Assembly: GCF_032444005.1 (NCBI RefSeq)
Contig: NC_091284.1
Coordinates: 191,518,001-191,582,000 of the forward strand
From: Ranitomeya imitator
Lineage: Eukaryota
Length of the DNA stretch: 64,000 nucleotides
Direction of reading: 5' to 3'
The translations under genes were made by a program, and so were the position numbers. The notes beneath the pieces are model-generated. The model saw only the letters and a list, made by a program, of their open reading frames with translations. It did no database searches and was not told where the DNA came from. Below, piece by piece: positions 37,714-49,513 of the stretch (positions are counted from its first letter, which is position 1; every line of letters starts with the position of its first letter).

Positions 37714-39734
37714 TTAGAGCTGTTGTCAATCTATTCACATGTCTCAATTCACTGGTCACAACAGTGGTGTGAGATTCTTGCATGGGAATGGGAGTACTGC
37801 CTTTTTTTCTGCCTGCATCTGCGTCTCTTCATTTATTAGCTGGCCAAGCATGATGTCGTCATTACGGCATGGTGCACATGTGACCAGGGCCGGACTGGCC
37901 ACAATGGTCTGTAAAACTATTAACAGCATCGGTGTCCTCAGGATGGTCCTTCAGTTACTCCAGCAGGTCACAGTCTGCTTCTAACCTGTCGTCTATTGAA
38001 CGTCAGCGCTGTGTTGGTAACGTCAGGTTGTCCGAGGCAGTGATTTCGTATGGTCACCCAATGTCACCTGCACTAGCAAACTTCAAACCAAGCCAGGACA
38101 GGAAGCAGAGGATGCGGAGGATGGGGAACCGTGATTATGTGAGTAAAAATTATTATTGATACTGTGGAGCTTTGGTTGTGAGGACATCATACTCAGCACA
38201 TGGAGAAATATCACTGTATATAGTGAGCAGTGTGAATTTCACACTGTTTTGAGGTTCAATGGGAATATAATACTGTATATAAGGATCTGTGGGGAGCATT
38301 ATATTGTATATAGGGAGATGTCGGAGACTTCAAATTGCATATAGTGACCTACGGCGGTCCTTGAACTGTATATTGTCTGCTTTTGAGACATCATACTGTA
38401 TATAAGTAGCTGCGTGGGCATGGATGGGAATATACTGTATATGGTGAGCTGTGGGAAAATCATACAGTATATAGGAGGGTTGTAAAACCATCATAATGTA
38501 TTTAGAAACCTGTGGGGACATCATATTTGAAAGAAGAAGCTGTGGGGTTCTCCATACTGTATACACATTGTGCAGAATTATTAGACAATTTGTATTTATC
38601 ATAATTAATTTTAATATAGAACAACTACAGTGCTATGCATAAGTATTGGGCAACTATTGTGCGGTATTATTATACAATTAAATGAAAAACATCATTTTCC
38701 TTTCTCAATTGTTTATAGTCATCTGTTAAAGTGGGAATGATAACCAAACACCTCAAAATATAAAAAAATACATTTCTGACATATAAAAAAAATAAGTGAC
38801 TAATACAGACATCCTTCTTTTCGATAACAGTCAGAAGCCTTCCATCCTTGTTCTGAATTTGCCATATTCGTGCCATATTGGTACCTTAATCGTGCCGAAT
38901 TTAAGTTTGACGATCGATTCTAAACGTATTTGTTCATTTCAACTCCCATTGAGGTTCGGCTGTGTTCGGGGAACATTACAAAAACAACATTCGCTGCCGA
39001 TCGTAATCGGAACCTAATTTTGAAAAATTTGCTCAACTCTACTCATAACCACGTACATCCCCACAACTGCCCCATTCCATAGTGAAGGAAACCTTTTCTC
39101 TTTAAGCACTGCTTGCTTAAAATTATGCTAGCAGTAAGAGCTCATTCAGGCGACCATATTTTTGGTTCCAAGTACTGTCTGTGAAAAAACGGACAGCACT
39201 CAGACCAAGGTTATTCAATGAGGTAGTGCAAATGAGCAATTTTTATCTCTGACCAAATCTACCTGTGAAAAAAAAAATGCATCATGCACTAATTACTTCT
39301 GTAAATTGGAAGAGACTCACCCATTCAAGTCTATGGGTGAATAAAAATAATGTCTGCCATGCTTAAATTATGAAGCTGAATACAATGCAATGAATCTCAA
39401 AAGCAAGTTTGATTTGCATTGTTTTTCAAGTATGCAGCCTGTATAATTGACCCATCAATCAGTCTGTGATTATGTCTTTCAATAATTTATTGAAGTTTGA
39501 TCATTTTTAACTGTAAGAAGGTCATTTAAAAAAAATATTGTTCTGTTTTTGTTTTTTGTTTTTTTAATTACTTGGGAAATTATATTTTTTGCTTCAATAC
39601 AAACCTTTGTTGGTTACTGCAAATCTGGAAATCTTGGAAAGTTTACCAAGCACCGATTACACATGTAAATATATAGTCTGCATTGGAGGAATTCTACGTG
39701 TTTTTACATTTGTGGAGTGTCAATAAGGCCATTT

Positions 39735-40450
39735 ATAGGTTGGCTGTCTACATTAAATTTCCTAAGAAGACATAGGGGGCAACATTGGGAGAGGGGCGTC
39801 TCTAGGGTCCCGGAAGACCTCCAAGCCTACCCGTCATACGGGTGCGTCCTAGCCAAAATATACCTGGGGACGAGAAACTAGTAACATCTGGAACTAAAGA
39901 AAAAGAAAGAGAGCTGTAGAGAACGACGAATGAGAACAGCAGTTGTGAGGACTATTCCGAATGCTCAGCAGGGTAGGACTACAACACACAGGCGCTAGTG
40001 GTAGCAACGATTTCCATCTGCGAAGGAAACTCTGGATGTGCCCATCGGACCGGCCGGTCTCTGAGAGTCCTGTTAAACTTACTCTGGATTGAGGATCCTG
40101 AAGCCTTCAGTAAAGAGGTAAAGAGACTGCAACCTTGTGTCCTCGTTATTGACTGCACCTCACACCATCGCCACCTACACCACTGGGAAGCCCTGGAGAC
40201 ATACTTCACCTGTGGGAAGTTATACCATCCGGCTGCCATTCCATCACCCTAGCGGACCCCATAGCAGCGCCGGTCACCCTGACCGAACACCACAGGTGGC
40301 GTCACGAACCCCTGACAGACTGTTCCACTACTTTCATTGGACGCCCCTTAGCAGGGTCGCGGACCGGGTCTAGCCACCGTGACAGCCTCAGAACCGAACC
40401 AGAGAGGCCCGGTACCGAAACGCGCGGCCCTGTGTCTGGGGGCGATCCAA
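39735..40450 (+). mobile_element. 5'-truncated LTR fragment related to the LTR at 45590-46789
   Basis: AGTAAA polyA-like signal at ~40108. Shares CACCAC.GGTGG.GTCA.GAAC and CGGACCGGGTC motifs with the minus-strand LTR. Ends GGGGGCGATCCA. Confidence 0.65.
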
Positions 40451-40539
40451 CTATTAAGTGAGCAAATCCAAATTTTGACTAGGTAACACCCCCATTTGCT
40501 GGGGTTGGTAAACCTATGCCTAGAGAAATCATGTAAACA

Positions 40540-41085
40540 GCTCTACTTAAAAAGATACAAACTTTATTACTGTATTTTCTGGCATATAAGACTACTTTTT
40601 AACCTCTGAAAATTCTCTCAAAAGTGTCATCTTATAGGGCAGATGCGGAGTAATCTGCGGTCACTGCATATTGTGGGGGGAGCGGTCCCAATGACGAGGT
40701 GAGGGGGCGCCTCACCGGGAAGGTGTATGTGAAGCAGAGGCAGAGAAGGAGATAATAGGATACAAGGGCGAGCCAGATGAGTGAAAGAGGAGTGTTTTTC
40801 TAGGCACAGCACCGCTCTCTCTCTCTTTTTTGCATACCCCTGGCATCCCAGATGCTGACAGTTTGTTTCACTTACACCTTCCTGGTGAGGCGCTCCCTCA
40901 CCTCGTCATCGGGACCACTCCCCCCATTATATACGTCGACCGCAGATTGCTCCGCACCCACCCTATAAGACGACACCCGGCATATAAGACAACCCCCGAC
41001 TTTTGAGAAGATTTTATATTTTAACTGGAAAAGCTGGGTGTCGTCTTATACGCCCAGCCGTCTTATACGCCGGAAAATATGGTAC
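40540..41085. mobile_element. Partial Tc1/mariner-superfamily (pogo/Tc2-like) non-autonomous element
   Basis: Repeated TATAAGACG / CGTCTTATA motifs and a right end CGTCTTATACGCCGGAAAATATGG-TA. Confidence 0.5.
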
Positions 41086-41689
41086 TTATCTTAAAACCCA
41101 CCTTCAGATGGTACGTGCACATAACAACGAAACAACACACTGTGCAATATTTTTGAATGAATTTTATCATTTTTCTGAACACTCTATAAGCCACCAAGCC
41201 CTGTGTATTTGAATGTTTTTAATTTTACCTTGGGCAACAGGGTCCCTTTATCTGCAGGTGTGATCTATGTCTAGAAATAGTGGTTCCCTATTTTGGGAGC
41301 AGTGAGAACATTAGCTACAGGATGCATCTATGGAACAATAGGGGCAGCCATTGTTGAGCGGGAGCGCCACCTCCACAGTCAAGCAGGTAAATGTATAGTC
41401 AATCATTTGGGATCTACAGCAAAAAAATATTCCAAGGTTTTTGTATTTTTGATTTTCTTTTGCACAGTGTGTTGTTTAGTTGTGATTGGCACGTACCACC
41501 TGAGGGTGGGTTTTTAGATAAGTCATAAAGTTTGTTTCTTTTTAAATAGGCCTGTTTACATGATTTCTTTCCAAACTGGTACCCTAGGAATTTACATTTA
41601 AATTAAACCTATGCCTAAAGGGATAAGGGGAGCTCTGTGCCTGGTCAGGGGCCCAGTATTCAACCCATAACCTCAGTAAATGGGGCCTA

Positions 41690-43298
41690 CAGTGCCTTGC
41701 GAAAGTATTCGGCTCCCTAGAACTTTTCAACCTTTTCCTACATATCATGCTTCAAACATAAAGATACCAAATGTATATTTTTGGTGAAGAATCAACAAGT
41801 GGAACACAATTGTGAAGTTGAACAAAATTTATTGGTTATTTTTAATTTTTGTGGAAAATCAAAAACTGAAAAGTGGGGCGTGCAAAATTATTCGGCCCCT
41901 TTAACTTAATACTTTGCTGCACCACCTTTTGCTGTCATTACAGCTCCAAGTCGCTTGGAGTATGTCTCTATCAGTTTTGAAGATCAAGAGACTGAAATCC
42001 TTGCCCATTCTTCCTTGGCAAACAGCTCCAGCTCAGTGAGGTTTGATGGAGATCGTTTGTGAACAGCAGTTTTCAGCTCTTTCCACAGATTCCTGATTGA
42101 ATTGAGGTCTGGACTTTGACTTGGCCATTCAAACACCTGGATACGTTTATTTGTGAACCATTCCATTGTAGATTTTGCTTTATGTTTGGGATCATTGTCT
42201 TGTTGAAAGACAAATCTCCGTCCCAGTCTCAGGTCTTTTGCAACAGGTTTTCTTCAAGAATGGTCCTGTATTTGGCTCCATCCATTTTGCTATCAATTTT
42301 AACCATCTTCCCTGTCCTTGCTGAAGAAAAGCAGGCCCAAACCATGATTCTGCCACCACCATGTTTGACAGTGAGGATGGTGTGTACAGGGTGATGAGCT
42401 GTGTTGCCTTTATGCCAAACATATCGTTTGGCATTGTTGCCAAAAAGTTCGATTTTGGTTTCATCTGACCAGAGCACCTTCTTCCACATGTTCGGTGTGT
42501 CTCCCAGGTGGCTTGTTGCAAACTTTAAACAACACTTTTTGTGGATATCTTTAAGAAATGGCTTTCTTCTTGCCACGCTTCCATAAAGGCCAGATTTGTG
42601 CAGCGTACAACTGATTTTTGTCCTATGGACAGACTGTCCCACCTCAGCTGTAGATCTCTGCATTTCATCCAGAGTGATCATGGACCTCTTGGCTGCGTCT
42701 CTGATCAGTCTTCTCCTTGCTTGAGATGAAAGTTTAGAGGGACGGATCTTGGTAGATTTGCAGTGATATGATACTCCTTCCATTTCAATATGATTGCTTG
42801 CACAGTGCTCATTGGGATGTTTAAAGTTTTGGAAATCATTTTGTATCCAAATCCTGCTTAAACTTCTCCACAACAGTATCACGGACCTGCCTGTTGTGTT
42901 CCTTGGTCTTCGTGATGCTCTCTGTGCTTCAAACAGAACCCTGAGACTATCACAGAGCAGGTGCATTTATACGCAGACTTGATTACACAAAGTTGGATTA
43001 TATTTATCATCATTAGGCATTTTGGACAAAATTGGATCATTCAGAGATCCACAATGAAGTGGAGTGAGTTTGCTGCACCGAAAGTAAAGGGGCCGAATAA
43101 TATTGCACACCCGACTTTTCAGTTTTTGAATTTCCACAAAAATTTAAAATAACCAATAAATGTCGTTAAACTTAACAATTGTGCTCCACTTGTTGATTCT
43201 TCACCAAAAATTTACATTTGGCATCTTTATGTTTGAAGCATGACACGTGGGAAAAGGTTGAAAAGTTCCAAGGAGCCGAATACTTTCACAAGGCACTG
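41690..43298 (-). mobile_element. Full-length but degenerate Tc1 element (1609 bp)
   Basis: CAGTGCCTTG termini with TA flanks and long TIRs. Frameshifted transposase ([29 protein letters not shown]) on the minus strand. Confidence 0.92.
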
Positions 43299-43805
43299 TA
43301 TATATGTCCAAGATCCTTGCTTTTGCCAATAGTGTTCTGTCACCAGTCCTATCAAAACAAACAAGCTGTTTAAGCAGAGAAACAATTTTGATAGGCATGC
43401 TTCATATCTTTATAATACATTTTGATGGCTTTGGGATGAAAGTTACCATAAATAAAATTCATGTTTTCAAAATCACAATAAGATTAGTTTGGTGTTGTAA
43501 TTACATTGTATGACTCTAGCTCTGTTCTTGGATACTCTCCGATTATGATATAGTGAAGTTATGAATTTTGTCCGTGGTTACTAATTTTTTTATTATTTTC
43601 TCCTTTTTACTGAATTAGAAACAGGAATTTTTATTCAGTCACATCATAAATAAACCCTAGTGACCAAGTGCCATTAGAAGATGCCCATGCCATCACACTG
43701 CATCTACCATAAATTACAGAGGATGAGGTGTGCTTTGGATCATGGGCAGTTCCAAGCCTTCTCCAAACTTTCTTCTTTCCAACAGTCTGACACAAGCTGA
43801 TCTTA

Positions 43806-44160
43806 GGGTACCGTCACACTAAGCGACGCTGCAGCGATACCGACAACGATGTCGATCGCTGCAGCGTCGCTGTTTGGTCGCTGGAGAGCTGTCACACAGA
43901 CAGCTCTCCAGCGACCAACGATCCCGAAGTCCCCTGGTAACCAGGGTAAACATCCGGTTACTAAGCGCAGGGCCGCGCTTAGTAACCCGATGTTTACCCT
44001 GGTTACCAGCGTAAACATAAAAAAACAAACACTACATACTTACCTTCCGTGTCTGTCCTCCGGCGCTGTGCTTTCCTCTGCACTGTCAGCGCCGGTCAGC
44101 CGGAAAGCAGAGCGGTGACTCACAGCCAGTGCAGAGAAGCACAGCGCCGGAGGACAGACA
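43806..44160. mobile_element. Left arm of a Harbinger MITE (truncated)
   Basis: TTA followed by GGGTACCGTCACACT; same family as 58705-59534 and 60023-60433. Confidence 0.8.
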
Positions 44161-44339
44161 GGTGTGTGTGTTCTTTGGTTGAATGTAGAGTGTCCCATTC
44201 ACACACTCAATGTTTACTGTAAAACCAACAAGGAGCACATTACGTGCTAAATTTTTACAATAAAAGTTCTGGACATTCACCGTCAATGACCACATTGTCT
44301 TTAAACTGCACAAACAGTCAGTCTAACTTATCTTAGTAG

Positions 44340-46789
44340 TCACTTTCTACTTCCTTTTCCAAGGCAGTACTTGGTGCCTGCATCCTTCTGACCGGCAAAG
44401 TTCTTTGTCAGGCTTCACGGTGGGTGACTCAAACGGTGAAAATCCGGCAGCCATCCCCTTGTGCACTTTTTCACATTGAGAGTGTACCACCTCCCTTCAC
44501 CCACATGGCAGAGGAAAGTCACTAGGTCCCCCAGCTATATGTCATGCTCAGGGTGCCCCTCCAGTAGGTGTGACTCAACATCCCGCCAGGTCACAAACAG
44601 TTCTGAGATCAACCCAGGCTCCTTGATGAACCCCCAGCCCCTTTTTAAGTCGAAGTAGACCACTCTACCTTGCCTCAGCGGACCCCAGTTGATGGGTCTA
44701 GACTTACTAGCCTGGACATTGGCCTTCATGTTCTGGTTCTCCATCGCTCTCCACAGGGCTTTGCGCTCCTGCTTCTCTGCTTCCAACCTGGGCACATGCT
44801 GCCGGCAGTAGTCCTCCTAACTGTGGGTCTCAACTCAAGCTGCTCCCACTTGGGCCTCCTCAGGGAAACCCATCAATTCCATTCCCTGGTGCTCCCAATG
44901 GAAAATGACCCTCTCACTATGCACCTCACGAGACATGAGTTCCAGCAGCAGCGGAGCTGCCAGTCTATTCCCGACGTCTGCCATCTGGTCCCAGGCCAAA
45001 TTTTTAAATGCCTGGTTGGATTTTAGGGCTGGCGGGGGTTTTAAGGGCCCAACTAGGGTTTCTTTGGCCACCGGGGCAACACCGGCACACATACCTTTTT
45101 CCTCTCTGATGCTGGACTCCCCCTCCTTCTCCATTGCTGGTCATGAGGCCACCTTTCATTCAGACATCTTTTTCAGCAGGACCTCTATCCACTTCGCTGC
45201 TGCAGTAAGCTGTGTCTTCAGGAGCTGGCAACTTAGCTCCACCACCTCTACGCCCAGAAACTCCAGGTCCACCGCCGGCAGCTGATGTGAGCCCTCCTGT
45301 CAGCTGAGGGAGTACACCGCTTCCACCCCACGCTCTGGAGCTCTCCATCCTTTGCTTGCCATTGTGCTCACCGGGTTCTGAGCAGCCTCTCCTGCCACAC
45401 ACTTTCTTGCCACACGTGCTCCTTCCGTTTTCTACCTTTCGTGGTCGGATTCTCCTTATTTTCCCCGTCGGCCATACCAGGAGGGGGATCCCTCTCACTG
45501 ACGGACATGTCCTTTCTCATTCAAGTCTTTATAGTTGGCGGGTATGGTTTTCGTGCCTTTCGGTAACCTGGCCCATGATAGGCGCACAATGCCCACCAGG
45601 GCCATGGGGTACTCGTAACCGGGCCAGACAGTTCTTTGGGGAAGTCATGGCAGCAGTGACCCGGTCCGTGGCCCTGGGCGTGCGATGAAAATGATGAAAA
45701 GGGGAAAATTTTATAGGAGATTGGTTCATGACACCACCCGTGGTGTTTGGCAAGGGATGGCCGATGCTGTGGTTCAGGTCCACTGGGGCTGATGGTGACG
45801 TAGCAAAGATGTTTCCGCTCTCCACGGGTAGAGCTGCTCCCCAGGGCTGATATGAGGTGCAAATTGAAGTTTGAAGTTGTAGTACTGGGCAGGTGACGCA
45901 GTAAATAATTCTGAGGACCCAGCGGGGTGCAGTCTTCACACTTTACTCACAGTTTGTGGGTTACAGTCACCAGCCAGGTGCTGTGTCCTCTGGGTAAGTG
46001 GTCCAGCCAGCTCTCAGGTAATTTGCGGTGCACTTTTCTGGGATCCCCTTGTTATGTACATTTCCATGGTCATCTCTCTCTGCTCTGGCCCACATCTTCC
46101 TGCCCTGCGCCTCACACACAGTGTCCCAAGCCAGCATTGGGTCCTGTCAGGCGACGCTCCCCTGGTCCCTACAACCCTCTATGGCTGCCTTTTCAAGCAA
46201 ATTTGTGAGGATTTGGCTGTAGCACATGCAGATACTACAACCTCCGGTTTTCTAGCTGAGACTTGCAGTTCCACCACTAGTCTGGGGCTGGTCCCTCCCT
46301 GCAACCTGGTCCCTTCACCCGACTATGGTCGGAGTGGATTCAGGTGCCAAGGGTGGATTCTTCACTTCCCTTTCCCCTAGGACCACTTCTCTCTCGAGCT
46401 CTTCTTCTCACACTCTTCTTTCTCTCCTCAGACTCCCTAACTGCCTTCCAGAATCTTCCTGACTCCTCCTACTAACTAACTCTGCCTCACTTCAATCTCC
46501 ATGGCAACACGTCACTATCAACTTTCTCTCTACCTACAGGTCTCCTTCTTGCTTATTGGCTTCCTCCACGCACTCCGCTTCCTCCACCCACTCCCTCTAC
46601 CTAGTTCCCCCTCCAGCTTGCGATGGGTCCCTTCCTAAATAGGGTACGCCCAGATGCCCTGGCGTGTTGTGGTGTTAGATGTTAGTGTGTGGGCATCGGA
46701 TAGTGCCCCTCCTTACCTTAGAGTAGGATACCACACCTCTGCCTGAGATGCAGTACCTCTGTGATGACTGGACCCTCAGGGGCGCCACA
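44340..46789 (-). mobile_element. LTR retroelement fragment: ~1.2-kb 5' LTR plus internal region
   Basis: Starts TGTGGCGCCCC on the minus strand at 46789, with AGTAAA at ~45945 and an inner LTR end near 45590. No gag or pol recognised; 3' part truncated. Confidence 0.7.
44415..45362 (-). pseudogene. Decayed retroelement ORF ending in a cold-shock domain (CSD ~44469-44669)
   Basis: One frame with six in-frame stops: helical N-terminal part (DLEFLGVEVVELSCQLLKTQLTAAAKWIEVLLKK), then GRVVYFDLKRGWGFIKEPGLISELFVTWRDVESHLLEGHPEHDI*LGDLVTFLCHVGEGRWYTLNVK, matching CSD RNP1 (K-G-W/F-G-F-I), RNP2-like (L/V-F-V) and terminal A/L-x-N-V features. Confidence 0.75.
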
Positions 46790-46879
46790 TGTGCCTTTCT
46801 AAATCAAGTCCTTTCAGTTTAATAAAACACAGCTGGAATCCAATGAAGGAGTATAGAAAATGGTACACGTCACTCTGTA

Positions 46880-47728
46880 ATCAGGGGGGTGCTCGGAGAG
46901 GGATACCATTCCCTTATCTTGTACAAATCAAAAAAATTCTGGCACTCCAAATGTCTGCAATTTAGATTTATTTTTATTGCAATCCCAAATTTATAATGTT
47001 TCGGTCTGTTACTTAGACCTTCCTCAGACTAGGTTTGAAAAACAAGAAAAAAACAAGCCACGAATAAAACAATAAGTACATAATTGCCTTAACTTTAGAC
47101 GGAAAAAGTAACGTACTGATTTCTAAAAAAACGTCACTGAAAGAGGCTATATATACATCAGCCAAGAAATAAATGTCATATAAAGTACATATAGAAAAAT
47201 TAGTACCATAAATTAACAATATGCTGCATAAAGTGTAACATTACTAGTCAGTACTAAAGTATAGGAAAAGACTGCCAAATTTCCTGTCACAAACACTTAT
47301 ACAGGTAGGTACATAAGTAGATACAAGAAAAGGAAAAAAGGAGCTGCAAAAACTCCTGATGAACTGACACATTGTAGCAAAAATAACCATAACAAAAGTT
47401 AACATTTACATAAAAAAGAAATAATATACAAGCAATGAGGGCCGTCTCACTGTAGAACATACCAAAGTTTACTACATGTCGTACAAGTGGGTATATATAT
47501 GAATAAAAGAGAAAAAAAAGGAGAAAAAGAGCCGCAAGACTCCTTATAGACAGACACATTGTAACAAAAATGACCATCACAAAAGTTTACACTTATGTAG
47601 CAAAAAGAAATATTATACAGGCAATGAGGGCAATGTTACTGTGGAACATACTAAAGTTCACTATATATCGTATGGGTTTATGGAGATGGAAAAATAACAA
47701 AATAAAAAAATAAAAAATGAAAAATAAA
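46880..47728 (-). mobile_element. Penelope-like terminal relic with ~190-bp internal repeats (Gypsy target; continues at 55912-56110)
   Basis: Minus strand has CTGAGGA-stem-GAAAC (47027-46998) followed by AATAAA...GGAGTGC and a T-rich tail. Confidence 0.45.
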
Positions 47729-49061
47729 GTCACGATATGGTATGAAATATCATATAAGTAGCTTCTCTTGCTCAAGGCTGTGGGCTAACAAGCCCCCCTT
47801 CCCTTTCTCTCAGCCAAGAGCTGCTTTGCCAATGTAGATGGGGGAAGAAGAGTTTATTACCTCTAGCTCGGAGAGCAGAAGTATTTACGACCGGCATTTC
47901 CTGCCGTGTAAGCTCTTGTCCAGCTATAAGTGAACTAGAAACTTCGAGGATCCATGAAAGATTCTTTGTTTAGTTTTTGTAAGATATTAGGCAAACGATT
48001 TAAGCTAGAAATAGGAAAAATATATATTCCTTAATGTCACTCAGCGGAGCTGTCAACCGCTGTAAACATGAACTTCTAACTCCATCTGGTAAAGAAGTAG
48101 GGATTTCTCTGTAAATATGTATCCCAGATAGGACATATTTGATCTCATTAGAATGCCCACGTTAATCCGAGATGAATGCTGGGTTTGTTATGACTATGAC
48201 ATGTTTTGTAGCGAAGTTATAGAAATTAGAGAAAATAGTTTAAAGTTTACTCAGAATGTAGAGAGAGGAGGGTCTGGATAAACCAGCCTTTCTGTGATGT
48301 CACAGCCTTAAGGTTTTAAGTGTCTGGCAGGCTCTGAGAAGTCACTTCTTTTTGACTTCTTGTCTTCTCCTGAAGCCAGCAGCACGTCCAATGAGCTGGG
48401 ACGTATGGAAAAAACTCCACTAGCCTGGTTGCCTGCCATGCTTTGAACATGTGAGTGTTACCTTTTCTCATTTAATCCCTGTTTATTTTTATAATTACCC
48501 TTGTACATATTTGCAATTTTCTCATTTGTAACATCTTTATAAAATATTTTTGATAAAGCACTGCCTAATATTTTTATGGGATATAATATTATATGTTAGT
48601 TCATTCTCCATGCTCTAAACGTACCCTGTCTCTTGAAGGGAAATACGCTACTGTTGTGTTGGGTTAGCTTCAGACCCGTTTAATCGAAGCTGGTGGCAGC
48701 GAGAGTGTGCTGACTTTTGGGTTATGCTGAAGCGACTGCGGCGTTGATAATTATTGTTCCTGCCTGAGTGGGAGTAGTTTATCGCGTTGCTGCAGCGTGC
48801 CCAATAGCCAGTACATAGCAGGCAGCCTTTCTGGCGACTAATTACCCAGGGTGCAGTACCTAATCTGACCTGAGAGTAAGGGGGGCGCCAGAGAGCTGCA
48901 AGTGTTAAGTGGAACTGTAAGTGGGATATACATAAATCCCTGCAGTTTGTGGTATATTGAAAGCAGTGGGATACCTAGAATAAGCCCCTGCTGTAAACTA
49001 AGAGGTCAATAGCCTTGTGTGTGTTTTCTCATCACATTGTTAGCAGTGGAGGGATAACTAA

Positions 49062-49201
49062 AAAAAATAGAAAAAACGCAATAGCACTCACCAATCATTG
49101 GCAATTCAAACGTCCTTTATTAGAACATGCAGCAAATCATCTTCACGGTTCAAGGGAGGGAGTGAAAGTAGGAGTGCGACAGGCAAGACAACAAAAAAAA
49201 G
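49062..49201 (-). mobile_element. 140-bp retroposed insertion in the 5' LTR
   Basis: Absent from the 3' LTR. Flanked by a 14-bp TSD GGAGGGATAACTAA (49048-61 and 49202-15). Minus strand ends AATAAA...GGTGAGTGC and a T-rich tail. Confidence 0.85.
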
Positions 49202-49298
49202 GGAGGGATAACTAAGATAAGGCCCCCTGCACATGTGGCCTAAAGTCACCCCAACCCGTGACGTAGGGGTGACGGTCATGGTGTGAATCGTGACAAAT

Positions 49299-49318
49299 TG
49301 GTGGCAAGGCGGTGGGAT
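49299..49318 (+). promoter_or_regulatory. Primer-binding site, tRNA-Leu type
   Basis: TGGTGGCAAGGCGGTGGGAT lies 3 nt after the LTR end. It matches TGGTGGCAGCGGTGGGAT (complement of the vertebrate tRNA-Leu 3' end) with a 2-nt insertion. Confidence 0.75.
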
Positions 49319-49513
49319 ATCTTAGAGCATTAGTGATTTGGTTTGAGTAATCATTCCTCTCACTAAAAACTTGCAGAAAGTTCTTGCGAGGACTCTGCGC
49401 AAATAAGTTTGGAGAATGAACTCAGTGTTTTATTAGTCTTGAGACAATTGCGTACTGGTAATTATCCCCTCCCTTCCTCTTCGTTTTTCTATCCCATCTT
49501 TTATTTGGCAACC

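Noticed and set aside
37927-38138. Open 212-nt exon-like segment with gtgagt donor
   Set aside because: Begins just inside a CAGGGCCGGACTGGCC transposon-like terminus (37885) and is followed by a minisatellite, so it is probably element-internal; peptide unrecognised.
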